Shown here: positions 28,288-40,603 of the stretch, piece by piece
How the letters are laid out: each line of letters opens with the position of its first letter
Numbering within the stretch: position 1 is the stretch's first letter
Origin: Eledone cirrhosa
Taxonomy: Eukaryota
NCBI GenBank assembly: GCA_964016885.1
Contig: OZ024748.1
Location: 2,046,001 to 2,110,000 of the forward strand
DNA: 64,000 bases
Direction of reading: 5' to 3'
Program-made: the position numbers and the translations under genes
Notes under the pieces: model-generated
Databases searched by the model: none
Told to the model about the DNA's origin: nothing
Seen by the model: the letters and a program-made list of their open reading frames with translations, nothing else

Positions 28288-28672
28288 GGTGGATTGGCAG
28301 TAGCGGTAGATTGTCCGACATCATGTTTTATGTTCTGAGTTCAAATCTCAGCAAGGTTAGCTTTGCGTTTCATCCTTACAGTGTCAATAAAATAAAGTAC
28401 CAGTAATACACTAGCCTTGTTCCTAAATTAGAAACCATTATTTTAAAAGGATGGTGCATTGGGTGTATCATTACAGCATCAGACACCATGCTTTGCAGTG
28501 TAGAGTTATGTCCCTTAACATTCTGAGTTCAAATCCTGCCAAGGTTAGCTTTGCTCTTAAGCCTTACGAGGTCGATAAAATAAAGTACCAGTAATGCACT
28601 GGGGTCAATTTAATTGACTTTCCCCTGCCCCGCAATTGTTGGCCTTGTGCCTAAATTAGAAACCATTATTAT
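28288..28672 (+). mobile_element. Two tandem SINE family A copies
   Basis: Two sets of head, gagttcaaatc B box, ataaaataaagtaccag core and ccttgt..ctaaattagaaaccattatt tail. Confidence 0.85.
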
Positions 28673-29054
28673 TGTTATTAGTTCCAAAATGTTCAAAATA
28701 CTCAGAATTCCCAGATTTCCTAGATTTCCCAGAATTCCCAGATTTCCTATAGCCCATGAAGGATCAATCAGATCCGACCCTTTGTACCATCCTGTGTCTA
28801 TTAGATTCCATGCTTTGCAATGATAACTTTGATATAATAAATTTTACTTTCATGATTGATTCCCACCCCTCCATTTACCATCTTGTATATCTATTGTATA
28901 AGATTTTATCTACACAAACAACTTTCTTTTCAATGGAAAACTGCCATCTATGTCGAACATCATTCCATTATATAGATCTTACTTTTATACTTTCATGTTT
29001 TGTTGGCATGTAGCTCTCTTTCTCCCCCCCCCCTCTCTCCCTCTCTCTCTCTCC

Positions 29055-29142
<88 letters not shown>

Positions 29143-29576
29143 AGATGAAAATACATCTCTAAATGTTTATCAATATTCTATAGTCTATGTACAGTTTGTA
29201 TATTTCGGAATGGTACTTGTTTGGCAAGTGGCTTCATCTGAGACTGTGTGTTGAAACTGAAGCAATTTCCTCACAGAAAGCTATCTTAGCCATTAAAAAT
29301 TAAAACAAATAGTTATATTTACTTTTCATTTATTTCATGGTGTCACAATTTTCATCACACCTCTGTAACCTGCTCAATGACATAATTCCACTGCAGAGAA
29401 AATTGCATGTAGTTGTATTGTGTGTAACTATGTGAGTGCTAGTGTATGTGTGCAAATGTGTATATGTGTGAGTGAGTTTTCTAGATGCCTAAAATGTCTC
29501 TTCTATGATATGTAGCATCCTAGTAAACATAAATCTTGACTCATTGTTTTCTTGTTGTTATTATGCTTGCAAACAG

Positions 29577-29696
29577 ATTCTCCAAGATATGATGAAAGCC
29601 ATTGATTATGATTCTGATGGACGGGTGACCCTTGAAGAGTGGAAGAAAGGTGGCCTTACAACAATCCCTCTTTTAGTTCTACTTGGGCTTGATGTA
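29577..29696 (+). CDS. Dgk: DGK exon F, EF-hand 2 ([40 protein letters not shown])
   Basis: aacag acceptor, gtaagt donor; 120 nt, phase 0 to 0; canonical loop [12 protein letters not shown] and the [13 protein letters not shown] motif. Confidence 0.97.
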
Positions 29697-30166
29697 GTAA
29701 GTATTCCTGCAGTTTTCTATCAACTAACACCACAAGCATGATAGTTGGGTAACATCCATAAGTTTGGTTGGTTTTGTTTGGGGATCCAGCAAGATAAATT
29801 AGAGACAATTGTTTCTGATAGAACCTTCTGGAAGACATGTCTGAAGATTCTACCCCAACAACCCTCCCAGGAATAAGTTGGCAAAGCAGGAGGAGGAGGA
29901 GAAGAAGAAGACTATCTTTTTAACAAGAATGTGTGAGTACTTAGTAACAAGTGAGCTGTATATGAAATCTGAACTGGGGGCTTCCAGTAACATCCTCTGG
30001 AGGTGGTGTTGGGGATATTAAAACCGAAAAACATTCTACATTCCATTGGAAAATGGAAAATTTCTGTTTCATTGAAAAGTATCTAGTTTTTATTGTAATT
30101 TTCTCTCTCTCTCTCTCTCTATAGAGAGAGAGAAATTCCAATAAAAACTAGATACTTTTCAATGAA

Positions 30167-30214
<48 letters not shown>

Positions 30215-30334
30215 GTATATACACACATATGTGTATATATACACAGTCATATTTATATTATTTTCATGTGTATGTGTGTGTGTGTATTCTTTGTGGGATT
30301 AAAAAAAAACTAATCTCTAATTCTCTACTTTCAG

Positions 30335-30452
30335 AATGTCAAAGATGATGGCACACATTGTTGGTATCTAAAGCACTTTCGTTCCCAAATGTCTTGTAAT
30401 ATGTGTAAATCTGTTCTGTCCGGTATGGGGAAAAAAGGATTATGTTGCCAAT
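30335..30452 (+). CDS. Dgk: DGK exon G, C1A first half ([39 protein letters not shown])
   Basis: tttcag acceptor, t|gtaagt donor; 118 nt, phase 0 to 1; H-x12-C-x2-C-x13-C zinc-finger spacing. Confidence 0.96.
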
Positions 30453-33019
30453 GTAAGTAGACAGCTTATTAATTACAGATTTTACAAACTGTCTGTGTCT
30501 TGCGGGATATATTTAATTTTAATTAGTCTATGCTTGGTTTTTATGTTTACTTCATTTGTATTACATTTTGAAAAATAAATATATAAATAAACAAACAAAA
30601 TGTCATGTTATGTAGAAACCTATTGTCTAGATGAGAATGTTAACTTTAGCTTAGAGTGTTTATAAGAATAAGAAAAAGTTAATCTCATGGGTTTGAATAT
30701 TCCATAATTCTTGTTACCAAAGAAGTTTCTAAGATTATACAAGAAAGATATTAGTCTATCACAAATAACATATTTCTTCAAATATTCTGCAATCTTGTTT
30801 TTATCCCTCTGTGAAATCTGCTGGGCCTCATGGACTTATGATACCTGCACAGCTATACAGTCAAATACCTGCAGTGGATTTGAACCAGTAAAGTAGTTTT
30901 TCATTTCATTGCTCTATAATGAAATACACTGCCTATGTGTTTCAATTAATTTTGAGAATATTTGGAGAAATTTAATAAAATAGTTAACTTTTTCATTAAT
31001 AAGTTAATAATTAAAACAAATTCTGAAATAAAATTATGATGGAAGGGTTTAATATAAGTATAAACATTTTAAAATGAACAGTTATATATCATGAATCCAG
31101 GGCAGTTTCAGGTAGCTTTGTATCGAAAGGGTTAACTACTATGTCATTTCTCTTTCAAATCTTACTATATTATAGTTCATTAGCCTAATATCTTAAATCA
31201 GGGGTTCCAAAACCTATTTTGTTATGGAACCCCAATACAATTTCCCCAAAATTACAGAACTCATACCTACATTTTCCAGATAATCTCCAATACTTTAATT
31301 CTAATAAATCATTAAATGAAGCAAAAATTATCATAGGGAAGATTTATTTATATAAAAAATACTTTAGTAATTTTATTAAAAGATACCTTATTTGCTGAAC
31401 CAGACAAAACTCACGATGGTGCCATCCAGGAATAAGACATACACAATGATGATAATAAGAAATCAAATGTACCAAACATATGTCTCAAATCCTGTCTGGT
31501 ACAACATACATACCATCCAAGAATAAGAAACAGCTAATGATCATAATGTGAGATCAAATCTACTGAAACATGGCTCAAATTCAGTTTGATACCACATACA
31601 TAGCATCCAAGAATAACACACACCTGATGATAATTCTAAGATATTAAATCTACCAAAATGTGGTACAGATATCAATATAAAAAAACATTTTAGTGTTTCA
31701 TCTGTTAAGATGAAGTGAAAAGTCTCTAAAATAGTACTTTATGTTGTTGTTCCATCCAAAATACAGCATCTTTTGAAACCATTTCCACCTCAGAACTACA
31801 TTTATCTGAAACACTCTATCTAGTGATTGTCTTTGCCAAATTATTTGAATTTAAAGTAAATATCAATCACATTAGCCTCCATGAATACCTAAACATTCAA
31901 TAGGCTCTGCTTCATTTATATATATATATATCGGACGGAAGCTCCGTAAGCCATAGCGTAGGCAACCCGTCTAGGAGAGCTACTGCTCCGAATAAATTGG
32001 TGCGGGGTAGAGAAGCCCTCTAAGTCCAGTAATACAACTTCCCTAGTGCTGGTGGCACGAATAAAAGTACCCAGTCCATACTGTAAAATGGAGGGATGGA
32101 TAGGGCCCCTGAGTCCTGTAAGACAACCTCTCTAGTGCTGGTGGCACGAATAAAAGCACCCAGTCCATGCTGTAAAGTGGTGCTGGTGTTAGGAAGGGCA
32201 TCCAACCAGTATATATACTACAGACAAAACCTTGAGCACAACAAATGAGAATATATGAGTGTGGGTGTGTTAATGTTGGTGGTGTTAGAATATAAAATTA
32301 TAAATAACAAACATTTACTGATAGACAGATTGAAAACTTGTGGTTAATTCACATTTATTATACATATTGGGTTGACTGGGACTATAAGTGTTGTGTTCAT
32401 CCAGTTCACCTTGTGAGGTGATAGTACTGATGCTATGATACAAAGCACCCAACCCACCCTGGTGTGTGATAGTGGTGATTTATAAAACACACCCAGCACA
32501 TGCTGCCAAGTGATTCTCATTAAGAAGGGCATCCAGCTGTGAAAACTATGCCATAATCTGACTTGTCTAGCCTCTGAACATGACAACCCTTTAAAGCCAT
32601 GCAAGTATGGAAAATAGATGTAAAAAGGGTGATGCTAATGATGATGATGATATTAGATTTAAAAACTGTTGAATATTGAATTTAGATTACAAATATTTTG
32701 ACATGAAAGTATATTGTTTGTCGATATAGAATTTACATTAACCTTTCATACTTTCTATTCCATCAGCCCCCAAGTGTTGTCACTTAGAGCAATTAACTAT
32801 AGTCATTTATTTAAGTATTTTACAAGAGCTGTCATCAATGAAATTGTATAGGGAGATCTTTAATTCACAAATTATAGAGAAACCTTTCTAGGGTTTGATA
32901 AAATCACTTCCAGTTTGACATTGTTGGTTTATTTATTAATTTTTAAATTATTTTTATTGATATTAATCCTATTTATCTCTTCTTATAATTGTTCTCTCTT
33001 TATTTTCTCTTTCTACCAG

Positions 33020-33108
33020 TTTGTAAATATATTGTACATGAACGTTGTGTGCAGACAGCACCAGCATCTTGCATTATGACTTACGTGAAATCTAAAAAAT
33101 CTATCCAG
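33020..33108 (+). CDS. Dgk: DGK exon H, C1A second half (FCKYIVHERCVQTAPASCIMTYVKSKKSIQ)
   Basis: ttctaccag acceptor, ag|gtatgt donor; 89 nt, phase 1 to 0; CKY.VHERC...AP.SCI.TYVKSK motif. Confidence 0.96.
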
Positions 33109-34482
33109 GTATGTCTCAGAGAATTTAAATCTAATTCATGTGGTTCTTTTCTATAAATATTCTTATTTATTTGTGTTTTTATTCTTCATACTGTACACAA
33201 TATTTCATTATTGTTATTATTATTATATCATGACTCATACACTGTTCATTTTCCTGACATTTGTACATTATTCTATGTACTATACATGCACCTTTGATGA
33301 GTTGTAGTGCACCTGAGCACTGTACACAATAATTTCATTATTATTATTATTATAATTCTTATCTATTCATGCATTTCTCATCTGCAATCCATGGTTACCT
33401 CTCTCTCCCTCAAATCCACATTCTGTATATAAGAAATTCTGTATATAAGAAAACATGTTTAGTCTTACTTTAACAGTATTGCTTTATAAACCCCCAAGAT
33501 GAAGAGAAAGTGCATATTGAAAAGGTCATGGTTTTAATTCTAGTTGGCTATAACTGACATATCCAGCCAGCTAGTCATAAGGTCTCTCATACTTTTGTAA
33601 GAAAACTTAGATAATCATTTCAACATAGAATCAGCTTGACAATAAATAGTGTATCAATGTGTTTTCTCAACCTGCTAGAAATAGCAATCAAATTTTCTCC
33701 AAATCATACTCTACCATCTTAATAAAAGAAAGTTCTCATTTGATAAAGTGATTTCCAGTGTATACTGATAGAAGGTCACAGCTTCAACTAACATCTTTGA
33801 TTATAAGTTTATTCAATCAGAGTTGACAACAACAACACAACAGCCTTGACAATACGATGCCATATATCGATTAATAAGCTTATATATGAATTTATGGCCA
33901 AGTTATTAACAAGCTTGCTTTACAATTATGAGGTATTGAGTTCAATCCCACAATGTGGTATCTTTTACCCTAGCCTTTGGTCAACCCAAATCTTGTGAGT
34001 TAAATGGGATAGATAGAAACTGTGGATGTTTGTCAGATGAACTGAATCTGTAATTCAAAGATCCAACCTTGTTAAAGTGTCACACAGATTCTACATTAAT
34101 CTGCCTTGTTAATTCAATTAGTAGTGAACACATATGTTGTTCTCAATAAACAGTCCAACATGGTTGTATCCATTTATTCATGAAAATTTTATATGATTTA
34201 TAGGATTATAATAATAATATTGGGGCAAACTACAGCCAGTACACTCCTGGTTTCATATCTCACCACAAACATTGTATTGTCTATATGTTATCTTTCCTTT
34301 AGGTAAAACTTGTCCCTATTCTAATTTCACTCCATCTAGTTGGGGAAAAAAATAAACACCATTTATACTTCAGAGCATGTTCTCTCATTGACTTTTACCA
34401 ATCTTCTAAAAACTAACAAAACATTTTATTTTATTTTTTTAAATTATAAATTTTCTTTTGAAATAGTATGAAAGGTTTTCCA

Positions 34483-34532
<50 letters not shown>

Positions 34533-34714
34533 TTGCCAGATATATATATATCAGATAGGGTGTGGTAAAAAAAGTGATGGACTATAACCCACCAGAGCAC
34601 TCGATACTTGGGGTAGTAGAGTGGATAATATCAAAAGATTCAGATCCCCGATGGCTGAGCTCTGGCTGTTTCAGATCTAGCTGTCAAAACTCAGCCATCG
34701 GGGGTCCTGAATCT

Positions 34715-34755
<41 letters not shown>

Positions 34756-35383
34756 CATACATACATACATACAAGGTGGCTGCCAACTCGTTTTCGAGTA
34801 CGGCCACTACTTTATATCCATGTAGGAGAACCCCTACCGATGCGCTGAACGAGTGTGACTTTTTAGTCCAGGCAGCGACTTGAAAACTCTGGTACAAACA
34901 CTACACTTGTGACAATTATTGACACATAGTGCTGGGCCCATGGTACCACGTGACGACAAGTGCAGAGAGATCTCCAGATATAAAGCAATGCCTGTGCTGT
35001 GAAGCTTTTATAGTGAACAAAGGCACTGCACAAAGCCAGTCCCACTCTCTTAACCAAGATGATATTTACCAAAAAGAAGAACAAGTCAACATCATTGGAT
35101 ACCATCAGAGTTGCAGGTGTTATATCAGAGTTTTCCTTCTCCTAGAATTCTGCCTTGACAAAGGCTAAGGGGTCATCTCTCCAGGTGATTTTGGATGGCC
35201 ATTGACTCTTAAGAGCTCCTTTGCCCTTTGACAGGTTTTGTTTTTAGTCCTGCAGGATGTCCAAAGTCACCCTCCTCACCAAGAAACCTTGGTGGGGTTG
35301 CCAGTTTAGTCGCCAATGACCCGACCATGGGACAGGTTGTACTGGGATACATGTTACCAATAGCACCAACTGGTGACCTGACA

Positions 35384-35417
<34 letters not shown>

Positions 35418-35530
35418 CGGAGGGGATGACGAAGGACCATGACAAGTGGAGAGATGCGGTGCTGAATAGGACCCGTCCCACACTTGCAAGCAGGGAAAAG
35501 TGGACGTATGATGATGGTGATGGTGATGAT
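35418..35530 (+). mobile_element. 5'-truncated 3' end of an RTE-like LINE
   Basis: Reads EGMTKDHDKWRDAVLNRTRPTLASREKWT then a (gat)n tail. The DRxxWR-like terminal motif and short tandem tail are typical of RTE clade ends. Confidence 0.6.
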
Positions 35531-35531
35531 G

Positions 35532-35562
<31 letters not shown>

Positions 35563-36017
35563 CCATAAAATCACTAGCAAAAGATTAAAATTTTGATGCA
35601 ATAAAATGCTTTGGTGTGTCCACTTTAGGCAGATGTGTCATCGATTCACTACTCATGTACTAGGCAGTATGCCTCCTTTAAAAGAAAATGGCTGCAATAA
35701 TTGACACAAAAATGTCCAATATTGGTAACCATCTTCCTTGCCTGCCAACATTATGTAAAACATTGAAAGTATTTCAATGGAGTCAAATATGACATATATT
35801 GTCATAATTTGATAGCCATTGAAGAACAAGAAAGAAAGTTTTACCTTAACTGACAGCTCTACTTTGGTGGTTTCCAGGATTTATCTTTTGGTTCAGAACA
35901 CATTTGACAATTCTACAGAATTAAATCTATTCTCAGCCTTTCTTGCTACAGGGGACAATCTCAGCATTTATTCTCAACATCTACTCTCTCTCTTCCTTTC
36001 CCCCACTATTTTTCAAT

Positions 36018-36057
<40 letters not shown>

Positions 36058-36505
36058 TCCCTCTGTCTGTCTGTCTGTGTCTCTCTCTTTATAACTTACT
36101 GTCTTACAATTCACCATTCTCTCTCTTCCCCCCCCTCTCTCTTACTCTGTCCTTCCTTTTCTTTAACTTGCTGTCTCTATCACTATTTCACATGTCCTCT
36201 CTGTTTCTTGCTCCCCCTCCCCCACCGACACACTTTTCAACAACAACAACAACAAAGTACTTCCTTCAATTTCACTCTTATTTTTATATATGAAATTATG
36301 ACAATGACAGTTGTGATGGTGAGGAGGACATGGCCATGATGGTGATGATGATGATGATTGTGATGATTGTAAGGACAATGATGGTGATGGTGGTGGTGAT
36401 GGTGATGCTTTTCAATAATTACCCATTGTTAAGGGAAGAACTGTGATATTTCTTCTTCCTCAAATGACACGCTTAATTGAAGCGCCATTTCCTTTGATAA
36501 ATAAT

Positions 36506-36688
36506 TGTTTCTACTATAGGCACAAGGCCAGCAATTACCCAGAACATTACTGGTACTTTATTTTATCGACCCCGTAAGGATGAAAGGCAAAGTTAACCTC
36601 GGCGGGATTTGAACTCAGATCGTAAAGGGACGCAACTCTGCTGGAAAGCATGGCGTCCGACCCTCTACCGATACTGCCAATCCACCGA
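36506..36688 (-). mobile_element. SINE family A, full length, antisense to Dgk, 15-bp TSD
   Basis: Reverse complement closely matches the 17452-17625 copy; TSD cctttgataaataat at 36491-36505 and 36689-36703. Confidence 0.9.
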
Positions 36689-37407
36689 CCTTTGATAAAT
36701 AATGATACATTAGGTTTACATAATAGGTATTTAGGTAAAATAGAAGACAATGTCGCTTGTATTTGGCATTTATTAATCATATACATACACACACACATGC
36801 ACACACATACACACACAATCACACACTCACACACACACAATTGGTGTTCACTTCTTTTATCTGAGTCCTCCAGCACACATCTCTGACCTCATCACTGACC
36901 CTCATAGTCAGAGCCTATGAGAGGGGGGGGGGGGGGGGTCCAGTCGGTACTTTGTTCCAGGGCCCAAGAGCTAAGAAGACCCCACAGCAACCATGCAACA
37001 TCCATTTTGAGAAAAATCTTTGCCTGCCTCTTACATTAAAAGAAACAAAAATGGCTTTAGAGAGAGAATTTAATCACATATAATACAAAGCATTAAACAA
37101 TTTTTATGGAATCTTATAGAAAGACACCTTATCTTACAGATCTCCATTTTGTTGTGGGTTTTTTATGGAGCCAACATTTTTTATGGAAATACAATCTTTC
37201 TGTGTTGCATAACACTTTAAAAAGTAAATTTATATTTGGTGGTCCATGAAGTTTTCCTCATGAATTTTATGGAACACCTTCTGAAAAAAGTTTGCATCAT
37301 AAATCTAAAATATATTTTAATATCAAATAATCTTTCTTTTTTTTTCATATAAAAAGATATAAATGATAAAAATATTTTTCACCTCAAATGTTATTTCTCC
37401 TCCACAG

Positions 37408-37518
37408 GATATGCAACATCACTGGATAGACGGAAATTGTACCAAAAAATGTGATAAATGCAAAAAGTCCATTAAATCGGGCATCAATGGCAAAACATGT
37501 CGATGGTGTAAAGCATCG
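37408..37518 (+). CDS. Dgk: DGK exon I, C1B first part (DMQHHWIDGNCTKKCDKCKKSIKSGINGKTCRWCKAS)
   Basis: tccacag acceptor, gtaagt donor; 111 nt, phase 0 to 0; HHW..GNC..KCDKC...C.WC motif. Confidence 0.96.
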
Positions 37519-37928
37519 GTAAGTTTGATTTTAACAAACCTTATTTAACCTTTTTATTACCATATTTCATGATGAGGCCATGATAAAATGCACTTGATAA
37601 AGCATGGGAACATTATCTAAGCATGATACAGACCCTGGCTAGCCCAATCACTCAGTTGAGAGCAGGAGCATAAGTAAATGAGTTGCAGGCCCTTGGCCTA
37701 TCTATAAGGTCTGTAGCTCCACTTGTTATAGAAATAAACTACCTATAAGGTTAGTTAATTCTCATAGCTTCTAGTGGAATAATTTATAATGAATTTATTT
37801 TTATGGTTATAATCATATTGATTTCAGGAAAGTGGCAAAGAGTGTTTGATGACCTGAGCAGCCTGTAATTAACTTTGTAGCTGAGAATATAAAGTGTTTC
37901 TTTTACAAATGTAAAATATTTCTATTAA

Positions 37929-38160
37929 CCATTTTCATATTAACCCTGCTAAAACTGGCTCTGGTTCCATGTAACAACACACTGATTCTAAAGGGTTCCT
38001 ATTTAGATTAAAATTTTCCAACATAATGTTATATAACAACCATAAGTTATGTTAGTATCTTAACAATAAAATATTAAATAATTTTAGTAAATCCCTTAAA
38101 ATGTTTCATCAATTAATGAAAATAGATTGTATTTCATTAGAAATACAATCACAAATGGGT
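37929..38160. mobile_element. Decayed TTAA-flanked (piggyBac-like) MITE
   Basis: ttaaccattt ... aaatgggttaa ends; related internal sequence at ~5930-6040/6270-6412, ~25790-25950, ~30920-31136 (ends cgaaagggttaa) and ~51340-51538. Confidence 0.5.
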
Positions 38161-40603
38161 TAAACATGGCATTTAGTTGAGGTAGGAAAAGAGATACTAG
38201 AAATAGCAGCCAATTCTTCACCCTGCCACCCTCCCACCCTGCCATCTTAGAAGATAGGGAAGATATTATGGATTATGTAGCCCTATGTACTATTTCTGAA
38301 ATGAAGATAGATGGGTCACAAATAGAATAGTTTTGATCCCATATCAGCAAAATAAAGACAGACCTAGGGCTAAAGAACAATGAGAATGAATAGAAAATTA
38401 AATTTGAAATAAAAGAGTAAAACTAAAAGTTGACAATTTCAATTGAGAATTTCATGGTACTTATTTCTGGTATTCAATGTCACCAAACCATTAATTCATT
38501 AGCTCTGAATGTGTAAAGCTGTGCACTGTCCATATTTTGATGGACATTAACTAAAAGCAGTGACAAAGAATACATGCTGTGATAGTCTAATTGAAAAGAT
38601 TATGCTCACTGTATAAAGTGAAAACTTAATTGATTTCATAATTGAAGTCAGTATTTTGTGGAACTGAAATAGGAACTACTGCAGCCATCATTCACAAGAG
38701 AAGGTGGGTTGGTAGCATGTAACAGGCTTTTTGAGCAGACACACACACCCTCTCTGCCCTCCTACCTATGCCCCAGCAAAACATCCAGAATGTGAGAGCT
38801 AGAGGAGCAGAAGACTGTTTCAGTACTGCGCTGGTTCCTTCTTTATAGACTTTAAAAGAGTGAAAGACAAAATGAATCTCATCAGTATTTGAACTCAGAG
38901 CACAGAGATTTGAAACAAATTTCACAATACATTTTGTCTAATGCTCTAATGAATCTGTCGATCAACTGCCTTAATTAAAATATGAATTAGAATATTTCAG
39001 AAATATTTGAGGTACTTTATTCCATATATTTCCTCAAGATGTTATCTCCAAGGTGTTGTATATTTATTATCAAATTGCTCTAGTCTATTATACTTGACCA
39101 GTTGATGCTGTGTTGCAAAGAAATTTGCTTTGTAACTATGTAGTTTTAGTTTTGATCTCATGGCATGGAACTTTGGTTGAGTATCTTCTACCTGAACCTT
39201 ATGAGTGAAACAACAGATAAAAATTACTCATAAGCTCATCAGATGGACTGTGTGTTCTTGATTGGTAGGCTTAATCATTAACATAATCACCAAATGTTAG
39301 AGAGCCTCTAAAAATGTCCATTTTGTTGCAAACATTTGGACCAGATTTCTAGTCTAAAGCTCTCACGATCTGCCTTCCTGGGCTTTGATCCTCTGGGAAC
39401 AAATATTTTGAGGGATGCCCTTTCTCTTCTGAGTAAGTTAAAAAACAACTCTATGCTATGATATAGACAGTGATATAGACATTAGAAATATGGTAATGAA
39501 GCTTAGGAGATGTAAAGTTGAGTCTTCATTTAAGGCAGTCTTTGTATAGTGGACTATTTTAGTTCCATTCAGAACAACTCAAATCCATTTAGGCAAGTAT
39601 TTCCCATGGGGGCTCATACCATTTCCAATGGTTAAGAGCTATGAAAGGACAGTATTATTGTAAGTTTAATTACAACCATTAACTTTATTACTTAACAGAA
39701 ACTGTTAGGGGCCGAAGTAAGTAAGAAAATGTTTTAGGTAGGCGTCCTTTAGCAAATTAGGTTGAATAGAAATCACTGATTTAGACAATCAATGCTTGAA
39801 ATAGATTTAATGTGATCTGCAATAAAGGAAGGTATAGAATAAGATTAGAAGTGACTTAGAAGAGGAATATTGTAACTAATTGATCTTTAGCTCTCTCATG
39901 CATCTTTTGAAAGGAAAATCAATTTGTAGATCAAACTCATTTGAAAGTGCATCAAGCTATAAAATCTTTATTCCCATTATAAATTGTTACCATAATCACC
40001 CCCTTTTATCTATAATTGGTATAAGACTGAAAAGGCCTGTCTGTTTTATGCCAGCTCAGAAAACTAGTGTTCTCTGAAATAGGTGGAAGTACGGCTGTGT
40101 GGTTAAGGAGTTCACTTTATAGCCATGTGGATTTCGGGTTCAGTTTTACTGTATGGCATCTTGGGCAAATATCTTCTAATTTACTGACTCCATCAGTAGT
40201 TAAGGGCTCTCTTTCCTTCGTTATATCAGTTCTAATAAAGCCACAATTTTTATCACATTCCACAATTACTATTGGTATAATTTAGTATCAAGTGCTTGTT
40301 TCTAGAGTACCTTAATACCTTAAAACAAATCAAAACAAAATCAATCAATGTTTTATTCATTGATCTCTCAAATTGGTGAAGTTTATGTTGACCAATAAAT
40401 ATTGTAAAGTTTCTTGGAATTAAGGTAAACTCACTGTAACATATACAATCTGACGTTATTCAAACAATTGGTTTTAAAAATGTTTTTTCTTTTAAAGATA
40501 TCTTCTGACATTAAATTAAAACATTTACATTATTAAATCCCAGTTTAATATTACAAGAAACAGCCATTTTTGTAGGGAGGTCTTTGTTATTATTATTATT
40601 AGA

